Program-made: the position numbers and the translations under genes
The notes under the pieces: model-generated
The model's database searches: none
The model's input: only the letters and a program-made list of their open reading frames with translations
What the model was told of the DNA's origin: nothing
NCBI GenBank assembly: GCA_951406725.2
Contig: OX597829.1
Location: 18,538,001 to 18,602,000, forward strand
Direction: 5' to 3'
From: Octopus vulgaris
Taxonomy: Eukaryota
DNA length: 64,000 bases
Part shown: positions 40,205-52,153 of the stretch, piece by piece
Numbering within the stretch: the stretch's first letter is position 1
How the letters are laid out: the number at the start of each line of letters is the position of its first letter

Positions 40205-40745
40205 CAGGACACCCCATGACTGTTTCCACATGTTTTCCCCATTCATCTCAATCTTCCATAATGGTCCTCAGCTCCTGTACCCCTTCTGTACCAGTATCCT
40301 CCAGCAAGTTGTCGACATAGGTCGTCTTTCTCCTTCTGTTGGTTGCCAGAGCAGTAGCTTGTTAGCAATTTCCTCGGTATGTCTGATGCAGCGTCCAGCT
40401 AGCCTCATCCTTCTATGCTGTATCTTCAAAGCTACTTTTGGTAGTCCCTGATATAAGTCGGTGTTTGTTGTATGACTCTTCCAGGAGACATTGAGTGCCA
40501 TTCTAAGCATCCTCATATAGCAACCATCCAACTGCTTCTTCAATGCTTTAGTGAGCGTCCATGTTTCAGCCCCGTAGAGAAGAACAGACACCACTGTTGC
40601 CAAAAGCAACCTAACTTCAAAGTTCCTTGCTAACTTTGAACTCCATATCTTTCTCAATTTATGGCATGCACTCCAGGCAAGAGCTTTCCTTACTACAGCG
40701 TCTCTTCCAGTACTTTGTGTCCATGCACCAAGGTACTTGAAAGTG
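40205..40745 (-). mobile_element. RTE-clade LINE reverse-transcriptase C-terminal fragment
   Basis: FKYLGAW…KLRKIWSSKL…VVSVLLYGAETWTLTKALKKQLDGCYMRMLRMALNVSWKSH…RRMRLAGRCIRH. Confidence 0.88.
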
Positions 40746-40747
40746 AG

Positions 40748-41612
40748 TTGAACTGGGCATAAATGCTACAGAAACCCATGAAATACAGCAGTATGCTCAT
40801 GGATAAAATTTTTTTTCAATGGCACAGGAGATTCAAGAATGGTAGAGAGAAGGTGGAAGATGATGAGCGATATGGGAAGGGAGAGAGTCAGCAGAACATC
40901 AGAGCTGGTTGAGAAAATATGCAATTTTCTGGATGACGACTGTTGTGTGTCTATAAAGGGCAATAAGCATACACATTGGAGCTGGTGTGGTAACTCTACA
41001 GAATTATTCATGAAGATCTGAGCGTGCACAAATTTGGGCAAAGTTTGTTCCCTGGGTGCTTGGTGTCAAGCATCCTTATTTCTTTATTACCCACAAGGGG
41101 CTAAACAAGAACAGACAAAGGGATTAAGTCGATTACATCGACTCCAGTGCGTAACTGGTACTTTATTTATCGACCCCGAAAGGATGAAAGGCAAAGTCGA
41201 CCTCAGTGGAATTTGAACTCAGAATGTAGCGGCAGACGAAATACTGCTAAGCATTTTGCCTGGTGTGCTAACAATTCTGCCAGTTCGCCACCGCAAACCA
41301 ACAACCTGACAGAGATGAACATCAGAACTATCCCCCACTCTCCCTACAGTCTAGATTTTTGCTCCCTGTGACTGTTGGTTGTTCCACATTCTAAAGCAGT
41401 TCAGGGACAGTCGTTTTCAAGTTGAAGGAGGCTGTGATAAGGGCTGTGGACACTTACACTTTAGAAAATTTCCATGGAGCCTTCACAAAGTGGCTGGAGC
41501 ATTACAATAACTGCATTGATGTTTAGAGGTTCCTACTTTGAAGGAGGTTAGAGTTTTGTAATTCTTTGAAATTAATTAATGACGTTGATGAAAAAGTTTC
41601 AAAACTTCTGGA
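40748..41612 (+). mobile_element. Degenerate mariner transposase remnant, internally deleted and split by a family-B SINE
   Basis: FQWHRRFKNGREKVEDDER…AKFVP (WVP-like motif) and IRTIPHSPYSLDFAPCD (YSPDLAP.D)…WLEHYNNCIDV.GSYFEG. Confidence 0.8.
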
Positions 41613-43940
41613 ATAGGCGCAGTAGTGGCTGTGTGGTAAGTAGCTTGCTTACCAACCACATGGTACTTTGGGCAAGTGTCTTCTACTATAGCCTCGACCC
41701 TACCAAAGCCTTGTGAGTGGATTTGGTAGATGGAAACTGAAAGAAGCCCACCGTATATATGTATATATATATATATATATAAAAATATGTATGTGTGTGT
41801 ATATGTTTGACAGGCTTCTTTCAGTTTGAGTCTACCAAATCCACTCACAAGGCTTTGATCAGCCTGAGGCTATAGTTGAAGACACTTGCTCAAGGTGCCA
41901 CACAGTGGGACTGAACTCGGAACCATCTGGTTGGTAAGCAAGCTACTTACCACACATCCACTCCTGCACCTATAAATAATGTATATATATATATTATTGA
42001 CACAATATATATTTTTATGTACTATAAATAGTTTCATATGTTGAGACATATCTCAAACGTTTTCATCAAGCACAAACCACATATCATAATGAACTAATGT
42101 GAAACATTAGTAACAATTAAAGACATGTATTGTGTCCATTAAATAAATAATACTTTTATCTCTCACCAGATGGAATACTTTTTTGGTGATCTTTCTATCA
42201 TGGAACAGTACATTATATATACATATTATATAATGTATATATCATCGCTTAATCATCATCATCATCGTTTAACATCCACTTTCTATGCTAGCATGGGTTG
42301 GACGATTTGACTGAGGGTTGGCGAACCAGATGGCTGCACTAGGCTCCAATCTTGATCTGGCAGAGTTTATACAGCTGGATGCCCTTCCTAACGCCAACCA
42401 TTCTGAGAGTGTAGTGGGTGCTTTTACGTGACACCGGCACGGGGACCAGTCAGGTGGTATTGACAACGACCTCGCACAAATGTTTTTTCACGTGCCAGTA
42501 AGGTGATGCCGGTAACGATCACGCTTGAATGGTGCTTTTTACGTGCCACCGGCACGGAAGCCAGTTAGCCGCTCTGGCAACGATCATGGTCAGATGGTGC
42601 TCTTAGCACTTCACCAGCACGGGGCACAAGTGCCAGTAAGGTGATGCTGGTAACGATCACACTCAAATGGTGCCTTTTACATGCCACTGTCACAGAAGCC
42701 AGTTAGCCGCTCTGTCAACGATCACGCTCATATATATATATATATAGGAATCTAATGCTCTTAGCTTAGTTTTTCCTTGGGGCTGGCCAGATTGGAGCAA
42801 TCTCAAGATTAATCAGCCGAAATTGCGAGGATGATCCGGTTCTTGACTGAAGATTAAAGGCTTCAAATGACCCGTCCGTGTTTTTTGTATCGTCTTCAGG
42901 ATGTTTTGCGTTCTTGTCCCATTTTGTATTTATATATATATATATATATATATATAATGCACATAAATGCAAAACAAGGTGGAAAAAAATAGTACTCAAA
43001 TACCAAAGATAGCATAATATGCTTTTATTAAAACTGCAAAATTATCACAAAATTATTACTTAGAATTTCACTTTCTCATTCATCAGAAAGTTGTAGTGAA
43101 TACTAAATTAAAATCCTGATTGTACATGTAATATACATATATATATAATAATCCACAGGTGAGATTCAGAGATTCTCTGTATAGAAGACACTTAGTAACA
43201 CTCAAACTTAGACTCCAATGTCTTTACAGTGAATTAATTCCATGGGGTAAAGAATGGTTATGTGAGGGATCAAGTTGAGCAGATATATTTACTTTGTTTA
43301 TCCACATAATTGCCTCTGTACGCACACACACACACAATGGGCTTCCCCAATTTTCATCTACCAAACCAGCTCCCAAGTCTTTGGTCAACCTGGCACTATA
43401 GCAAGAAGACACCAGTCCAAGATGCCATGCAGTGGGATTGAGCCCAAGACCACAAAATTGGGAAGCAAGCTTCTTAATTACTCGGTCATACCTGCACTTA
43501 CTCTTTTACTTGTTTCAGTCATTTGACTGTGGCCATGCTGGAGCACCGCCTTTAGTCAAGCAAATTGACCCCAGGACTTATTCTTTGTAAGCCTAGTACT
43601 TATTCTATCAGTGTCTCTTTTGCCGAACCGCTAAGTTACGGAGATGTAGACACACCAGCATCAGTTGTCAAGCGATGTCGGGGGGACAAACACACAAACA
43701 TACAGACACACACACACACACACATATATATAGGACGGGCTTCTTTCAGTTTCTGTCTACCAAATCCACTCACAAGGCTTTAGTCGGCCCGAGGCTATAG
43801 TAGAAGACACTTGCCCAAGATGCCACGCAGTGGGACTGAACCCAGAACCATGTGGTTGGTAGGCAAGCTACTTACTACACAGCCACTCCTGCACCTTACA
43901 TAATTAAAATGAAAAAAAGAAAAAAGGAAATTCTACAAAC

Positions 43941-44036
43941 CTCATAGAGCTGCCTCAAAGTCTGCAGCACGGTATTTTGCCACATTGCATAGTTCTTAGC
44001 AATATATATATTTCCAGCATTGATGACCATGTCTTT
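43941..44036 (-). CDS. LARS1: LARS exon (KDMVINAGNIYIAKNYAMWQNTVLQTLRQLYE)
   Basis: Read manually. Matches human [24 protein letters not shown]. Acceptor tattttag, donor gtttgt; 96 nt, phase 0/0. Confidence 0.92.
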
Positions 44037-44142
44037 CTAAAATACAAAAGTAAATTTAAAATTTTAAAAAATTTACATGAACATAATTAGAATTTCATCA
44101 AATAAAAATTTTAATTTATCAAAGCCATCTATGTATCATACA

Positions 44143-44366
44143 CAGTCGTGGCCAAAAGTTTGGAATATAGTTTGAATATTAGAATTTTTATATTAAATGC
44201 TGAGTTCTATTTAATTTACAATATATTACTAGGTCAAAAGTTTGCAACACAGGTCTGAAATTTAGAATTTTTATATTAAATACCTGAATATATATTTGAA
44301 TCGTATTGTACCAAGATATAACAATTTTGATTTTGTAAAAATGTTCCAAACTTTTAGCCACAACTG
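44143..44366. mobile_element. Tc1-type MITE (224 bp)
   Basis: TIRs CAGTCGTGGCCAAAAGTTTGGAA / TTCCAAACTTTTAGCCACAACTG; TA at right end. Confidence 0.8.
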
Positions 44367-44623
44367 TATATAATGTAGGGGCTGAAATGCCTCTAGCATT
44401 CTCACTAACCACTGCTGGGATGATTTTCATATCCCTTCAATATATAACAATAAGGTAAAAGGGTAAAGACACCACCTCTGTCATGAATAACCATGGGATT
44501 GCACCTAGAAAGTTTCCCTCCAAGGCACAAGTCTGGGAAAGTTTGTTTATGGAAGACCAGCAGCCACCCAGGCATACCAGCAGTCGCCCATGCATACCAG
44601 CCTCCCATCTCCATGCCTGTATA

Positions 44624-46224
44624 CAGTTGCGGCCAAAATGTTCAGAACGGCATTGTTTTCGACAGAAAAGTAGGTATAAGTTTTTATCAAAGTTGTTTTA
44701 TATTCTATAATTTTCACAGATAATAAATACGATATTATTTGTTATTGTCTGAGATTTTGGTGTAATTTGAGAGGATAATACAAAAGTTATGGATGATTTA
44801 GTGATTTACTGCAAAACCCTTGGCGGCCAAAATGATCAGAACGGTTGAAAAAATAACAAAATAATCAAAAATGACAGAGAATACTGGAATTATTTAATAT
44901 ATAGTGTGAAGCCCTTTAGCTTCAATCACACTTTGACACCTTCGACTGCATGAGGAAATTAAATTTTCAATTTCTTGCTGGGTGATCTTATTCCATTCTT
45001 CCTGAAGGGCATTCCATAATTGCTCGGTCGTTTTACGATTTCTGGCTTTCGAATGTTCTAGAATATTCCACGCATTTTCAATAGGATTGAGATCTGGGCT
45101 TTGAGCAGGCCAATCCATAACAATAACCTTTTCAGCCTTGAGGAAGTTCATGACCACCTTAGCCTTGTGACATAGGGCATTGTCCTGCATGAATATGGGT
45201 GGTTGCTTAGTTGAATTTCTCAGTACAAGCAAGAGGTGATCTTTTACAAGTTGTTTATAAACTCCTGCATTTACCTTTCCATGTAATCGCACCAAAGGGC
45301 CCACACCATCATGACACTTCCTCCACTGAATTTAACACTAGTCTTAAGGCATTTAGGCGACAATTTTTCACCTACTTTTCAACGAAATAACATAAACTGA
45401 GCCAAATAAACATAAACTGAGTCAAATAACATAAACTTAGATTCATCACTGAAATGCACCGTTTGCCTTTTTCCTTGAGACCACAACACATGTTCGGTTG
45501 CAAAGGTAAGACGACACTTTTTATTCTTGGAGCTGATCAGTGGCTTCACTGCAGGTGCTCTTGCTTGTAGGTCATGTTCAACTAAATGACAAGACACAGT
45601 TTTTCGAGATAAAGTTTTCTTCAGTACAATGCTCATTTCCTGAGAAACAGCAGCAGCAGTTTTAAATCTGTCCTTTTTAACCAACTTTACCATAGCACGA
45701 TCTTCTCTCTTGGTCGTAGACTTTCTTGCTTCACATGAACCACAATCATCGTAGACCTTAAGAATAACGTGAACAACACTGTTTGACTTGTTAACAATCT
45801 TTGCAATAGACCCAATACTTAAATTATCCTTCTTTCGACGCTTAATAATCTGCTGATGAATTGGTAACGGAGTAAGTGGCATTATATTAACAAAGTACAC
45901 TGCAGATATTCTTACTAATGTTTAGTAAATGAACCATCATGTAAACAAATTCAAAACATTAGAGTTCGCCAGTTAAATATACTAAAACATGGAGTAAAAG
46001 CAACTGTTCTGATCATTTTGGTCGCCATGGGTTTTGCAGTAAATCACTAAATCATCCATAACTTTTGTATTATCCTCTCAAATTACACCAAAATCTCAGA
46101 CAATAACAAATAATATTGTATTTATTGTCTGTGAAAATTATAGAATATAAAACAACTTTGATAAAAAATCATACCTGCTTTTCTGACGAAAACAATGCCG
46201 TTCTGAACATTTTGGCCACAAATG
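44624..46224 (-). mobile_element. Full-length IR/DR-type Tc1 transposon (1.6 kb)
   Basis: ~225-bp TIRs (44624-44848 / 46001-46224), each with outer and inner direct repeats gcggccaaaatg(t/a)tcagaac; TA target duplication at 44622-23 and 46225-26. Confidence 0.95.
44894..45882 (-). pseudogene. Tc1 transposase, DD34E, frameshifted
   Basis: HTH region, FSDESKF, FMQDNA, WPAQSPDLNPIEN (34 residues between D and E); broken at ~45385-45440 and by small deletions. Confidence 0.92.
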
Positions 46225-47448
46225 TATACACATAGGGTAATGGGTAAAACCCCCTTTGGTCATGAATGACCATGGGACTGCACCTAGAAAGTTCCCCTCT
46301 GAGGCACAAATCCAGACAAGGTTGTTTATGGAAGACCAGCAGCCACCTATGAATATGTTGTGAAACAAAGATTTTCTCTAACTGCCTCACTTTCAGCCCT
46401 CCCTTAACTCTGCCCTGAAGAAAGGTTTAGGGTAGGGAGTTGTGGTGAGATAAACTAGACGTATCTGGCCCAAACATTCTACCCATTTTATGTTCAAACC
46501 AGCCAGATCAGGACTCACACATGTACCCTACAATATCATTCTAAAAATATACTATAATGTCATCAAAATCTTGAAGCTGCAAAAAAATGCATGATTAATT
46601 CAAAACAATGAATGATATGCATCGCATTTGACTGAGTAGTCTGAATGCTAAAGGGTTAAAAAATATTGTCAGTGTCTATGAGGTGAAATCTTGACCACCT
46701 TTGAAAACAAAGAACAAACAAGGATCTTTAAGGACATCCAGGAAACTAAATTCATTTGCATTAATTCATTTCAGAACAAGATATTTAATAGCTTACAAAT
46801 GCAGTTTTTCCAATTTCGGTGACCTAGACTTCCTTGTAGCACCTATGCGGAAACATTGTTCTGTATTAGTAAGAAACAAGATATGAATCAGTGGCCAAAC
46901 AGACGTGACCACTTATAACTCTCACAGAAAGAAATGCATTTGAAGATATGCATAATTATCATCATCATCATCATCATCATCGTTCAACATTCGCTTTCCA
47001 TGCTAGCATGGGTTGGACGATTTGACTGAGGACTGGCAAACCAGATGGCTGCACCAGGCTCCAATCTGATCTGGTAGTTTCTACAGCTGGATGCCCTTCC
47101 TAATGCCAACCACAAGTGTAGTGGGTGCTTTTATGTGCCACTGGCACGAGGGCCATTCAGGCAGAACTGGCAACGGCCACGCTCAAATGTTTTTTCACGT
47201 ACCACCAGCACAATTGCCAGTAAGGCGATGCAGGTAACAATCACACTCGAATGGTGCTTTTTACATGCCACCAGCACGGATAGCAAATTATCATTTCTAA
47301 ATCTCTGAACGAGAGACATTCAGTAACAGTACTCTAGAGTGAAGATTATTTGCCAACATAATGTGGCAGCACTGGTTAGGACGATTGTTACTGTTATTTA
47401 ACCCCAGGAATCAATAGCTTTAGGGGAAAAACAAAGATGTGAACTTAC

Positions 47449-47586
47449 TGTATATTTGTTTAGCAATATTCCTTTCTTCCTCAGACGGAAACTGTGAACA
47501 GCTTCGATTAGATATTCTGCAGAGAGGGACAGAGACTCATCGACAACATCTGAAGTTGGCCAGCTAGCTTTTATGATACTTGTAGT
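47449..47586 (-). CDS. LARS1: LARS exon (TTSIIKASWPTSDVVDESLSLSAEYLIEAVHSFRLRKKGILLNKYT)
   Basis: Read manually. Matches human SIMNASWP...SSQYLMEVTHDLRLR. Acceptor ttctcag, donor gtaagt; 138 nt, phase 0/0. Confidence 0.92.
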
Positions 47587-47602
47587 CTGAGAATGAAGAA
47601 AA

Positions 47603-47779
47603 ATAAATAATAATAAAAATAATAGTAATAATAATAATCATCATATTAACAATAATAATCATCATATTAACAATAATAACCATCATATTAACAATAATAA
47701 TCATCATATTAACAATAATAATCATCATATTAACAATAATAATCATCATATTAACAATAATAATCATCATATTAACGAC

Positions 47780-47868
<89 letters not shown>

Positions 47869-48069
47869 TAATATTAATAATCATATTATGGTGCTATTAA
47901 GTTAGACATGGTCTGGGCCAATAATGGCCGAAACCTATCAAAGTATCAAAGTATTAATAATAATAATAATATTAATAATAATAATAAACATATTAATAAT
48001 AATAATAATAATAATAACAATAATATTAATAATCATAATAATAATAATATTAATAATAATAATAATCAT

Positions 48070-48105
<36 letters not shown>

Positions 48106-48162
48106 CATATTAATAATAATAATAATAATAATAATCATCATCATCATCATCACCATCATCAT
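47603..48162. repeat. Compound (AAT)n/(GAT)n/(CAT)n field including a 21-bp unit (aataataatcatcatattaac) x~7
   Basis: Directly visible; begins ~15 nt from the acceptor of the 47586 exon. Confidence 0.9.
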
Positions 48163-48681
48163 AGTTTCAAAACAATGGTTTCTTAAAAATATAAAATCCT
48201 GTAAAAGAGGGAAGAAAACATATTTAGTGATTTTGAGTGCTCCTTTACACAGGAGTATAGAGGTAAATTTGTTATAAAAGAACATAAAAAATAACAATTC
48301 TGGATTTGAAAGCAACAACTTCCAGTTGATTTTGAAAGTTCGTATCATGAACTGACCTCAAAGCCGTAAGAGAGTCCAAACCCTTGTATAGATTCAGAAG
48401 TAGTAGTTGTTGCCTTATTGTCCAAAAATTGCAACATATTGAAGTATCTACCATATACACACATATACGAGAACTATTTCAGCATGGAAACGCCCACGGT
48501 CTGACCACTATCATCTACTGGACAACATGATTACCTAGAAGACTTGGTTGCAGAATGCTCAACTGACCACTACTGCCTCATGAGGAGTCAAATCAGACTC
48601 AGGATCACTCTGTCTCGGATGGACTGAATGGTAATGAGGAGTATTGGTAGGCATTAAAGAAGGTGCTCTTCTCTGCTGCTA

Positions 48682-48718
<37 letters not shown>

Positions 48719-48733
48719 GTAGAAGTAGTAGTA

Positions 48734-48770
<37 letters not shown>

Positions 48771-49077
48771 GGGCATTGTTGATGTGAGAACTGTTGCTGC
48801 TCATGTATTTTAATTTAACTTAAAAAAAAAAATGAACGAACTACTGAGTTTGGTTCAATGGCCTACCAATATACACTATGAGTTTCTTTGCCCTAGGAGT
48901 CGGGAAGACACTCGGCAAGAAATGGAAGCAAATTTGAAAGAAGAAAAAAAAGTAATAATAATAATAATAATAATAATTCTTTCTTCTTCTTCTCATTATT
49001 ACTATCATTATTACTTGATAATTCCAATTATTGTTCATACACACTTTTACATAAACACATGAAGAATTAATACTCAC

Positions 49078-49218
49078 ATGACCAAGAATTTGCCAAATGT
49101 GGTCACAAAGGTGAGGGGAAATTGGAGATAAGATTAAAGTTTGAGTTTCGATGAACCGTTTTACAAGATTTTGATGCATACCATCCATTGCCATTTCACG
49201 GTAGTTGTCTCTTAAAGC
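49078..49218 (-). CDS. LARS1: LARS exon ([47 protein letters not shown]), anticodon-binding domain
   Basis: Matches human [47 protein letters not shown]. Acceptor ttgtag, donor gtgagt; 141 nt, phase 0/0. Confidence 0.95.
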
Positions 49219-49506
49219 CTACAATGACAACAACAACAAGCAAACATATAAGCAATTATAAGAGCAATTAATCAAAACAAATCACAACAGCATGAATAAA
49301 CAAAGTGTTCATAAATTACCATTACAATTTGAAAAAAATATTCAGAAATAGGCGCAGGAGTGGCTGTGTGGTAAGTAGCTTATTTACCAACCACATGGTT
49401 CCGGGTTCAGTCCCACTGCGTGGCACCTTGGGCAAGTGTCTTCTACTATAGCCTCGGGCCGACCAAAGCCTTGTGAGTGGATTTGGTAGACGGAAACTGA
49501 AATGTA

Positions 49507-49537
<31 letters not shown>

Positions 49538-50010
49538 GCGTGTGTGTGTTTGTGTGTCTGTGTTTGTCCTCCTAGCATTGCTTGACAACCGATGCTGGTG
49601 TGTTTATGTCCCCGTTACTTAGCGGTTCGGCAAAAGAGACCGATAGAATAAGTACTGGGCTTACAAAAGAATAAGTCCCGGGGTCGAGTTGCTCAATTAA
49701 AGGTGGTGCTCCAGCATGGCCGCAGTCAAATGACTGAAACAAGTAAAAGAGTAAAGAGTAAAACAAAAAAAAAAGGATATGTCAACAGAGTCTATTGGAA
49801 AATATAAGCAAACAAATAAAGTTTTATTAGAAACATCAGAACACATAGGCGTAGGAGTGGCTGTGTGGTAAGTAGCTTGCTTACCAACCACATGGTTCCG
49901 GGTTCAGTCCCACTGCATGGCACCTTGGGCAAGTGTCTTCTACTATAACCTCAGGCCAACAAAAGCCTTGTGAGTGGATTTGGTAGATGGAAACTGAAAG
50001 AAGCCCGTTG

Positions 50011-50050
<40 letters not shown>

Positions 50051-50053
<3 letters not shown>

Positions 50054-50352
50054 AGGAGCAATGGCCCAGTGGTTAGGGTAGCGGACTTGCGGTCGTAGGA
50101 TCGCAGTTTCGATTCCCAGACCGGGCGTTGTGAGTATTTATTGAGCAAAAACACCTAAATCTCCACAAGGCTGTGGCAGGGGGTGGTGGTGATCCCTGCT
50201 GTACTCTTTCACCACAACTTTCTCTCACTCTTTCTTCTGTTGGCCTGCTCGCTTAGCCAGCGGGGTGGCGTCATTTGAAGGCTAAAACAATGCACTTCGC
50301 ATTATGACCAGCAATGTGTAGTATGGCCTGGTTGGTCACGTGATCACATGAT
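50051..50352 (+). mobile_element. SINE family C, short-tail variant, nested in the microsatellite of a family-A SINE; other copies 9005-9298(-), 57958-58251(-)
   Basis: Same tRNA head as 19474-19858 but a different 3' half ending ggtcacgtgatcacatga; the host SINE resumes after 50352. Confidence 0.85.
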
Positions 50353-52153
50353 ATATATATATGTATGTGTGTGTGTATATGTTTATGTTTCTGTGTTTGT
50401 CCCCCACAACATCGCTTGACAACCGATGCTGGTATATTTAGGTCCCCATCACTTAGCGGTTCAGCAAAAGAGACTGATAGAATAAGTACTAAGATTTACA
50501 AAGAATAAGTTCTGGGGTTGATTTGCTCGACTAAAAGGTGGTGCTCCAGCATGGCCACAGTCAAATGACTGAAACAAGTAAAAGAGTAAGAGTATACTTG
50601 CACATGGATTCCATTGGTCGCACACAACCTGCAGAGTTACCCTTGCTTTTGTTTTTGTGTGTGTGTGTTTTTTTCCAGAATATCTTAAATTATAAACCTA
50701 AACACGCTGTATAAAGGCATAAAATCATCAACATCATAATCATCATCACTACTGCCATCACTGAAATGGCCTTTTTATCACGTTGCTATGGTTTGGATTG
50801 ATCAACAGTATAGCATTTCACAGAAATGTTAAATCTGGCATGGCTGCATGGTTGAGGATTCAACTTCACAGTACAGCGCTTTAAACAAGTTTCTCCTCTA
50901 CTCTCAACCTTCAGACTGACCCAATCTTTTCTCAGTGAAATTTGGCAGACGGAAACTATATCGAACACATTAGGAAGACTAATTTTTCTGGGTTTTTTTT
51001 TTTTAATCTTGATGTTGTAAAGTGGTCTATTGTCTCTGTTGTATCTGTCTTTTGACGATGGCTGTTGCTCTGACAGATATTGTTAAATTCCGAAGTCATT
51101 CAGATATCAGAAAGCAGAACCAAAATCGAAGTCGATCAACATCAATGGAAATTGCAGCTGTGATACCAGTGCCGGTGACAAGTAAGCGAACCATCCGATC
51201 GTGGCCGTTGCCAGCGCCGCCCCGACTGGCCTCCATGCCGGTGGCATGTATAAAGCACCATCCGTTCGTGGCCGTTGCCAGCCTCGCCTGGCCCCCGTGC
51301 CGGTGGTACATAAAAAGCACCATCCGTTCGTGGCCGTTGCCAGCCTTGCCTGACCCCCGTGCCGGTGGCACGTAAAAAGCACCCACTACACTCACGGAGT
51401 GGTTGGCGTTAGGAAGGGCATCCAGCCGTAGAAACACTGCCAGATCAGACTGGGCCTGATGCAGCCTTCTAGCTTCACAGACCCCAGTTGAACCGTCCAA
51501 CCCATGCCAGCATGGAAAGCGGATGCTAAATGATGATGATGATGATTGATAGAATGTTTCCATCTGGGACTGTACAACTCCCAGTCATACAGTGTTAACA
51601 TCCTCAAAAGGTTGGATTGTTATAACATCCACCCAGTATCAAAGTATAATTACTATATCAACACAGACACTACTATCAACACAGTCTACATGTACTCATC
51701 ACCTTCTGACCTTCTTCCTGTCGACTGGCTACTACCACTTCTTACCAGGAGGAGTGTACAGTTTCACTATACAATACTCGAATAATAGGTTTAATCTATC
51801 AAACTAGTTTAACACCAGCACCTGGTGGTAGAGTCCACACTTCAGTGGAGTTTCATACTGTTGAACTCACATTGAAACAAGGAAAATATCAGGTTTCATC
51901 TCATTTAAAAGTCTTAATGATAATCTCTCAAATTAATTTCCCAAACCTCTCAAACCAAATGTCCTAAGCATCTCTTTTAGTCTATCTCACAACTCAGGTA
52001 ACTTCCACCTGTGAGAAACAACATATATTTATGCCATGTACATCAACTGGAGACAATGACAAGTGGCCAAGACTTTTGTCAATAAACTCTGCTTGAGAAG
52101 CTTCGTCAAGCCAAGTGAAATAATACTCATGGCTGATGCCATTGACACGTAAC

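Noticed and set aside
47564-48348. Poly-Ile and poly-Asn ORFs
   Set aside because: Translations of (AAT)n-type repeats inside a LARS intron.
50051-50125. Possible tRNA gene
   Set aside because: A and B boxes are present but the cloverleaf is imperfect and continues into a SINE body found in several copies.
51165-51385. CRISPR-like repeat/spacer appearance of the ggcacgtaaaaagcacc modules
   Set aside because: Linkers are homologous to each other, the context is eukaryotic, no cas genes are present, and the modules belong to an RTE 3'UTR.
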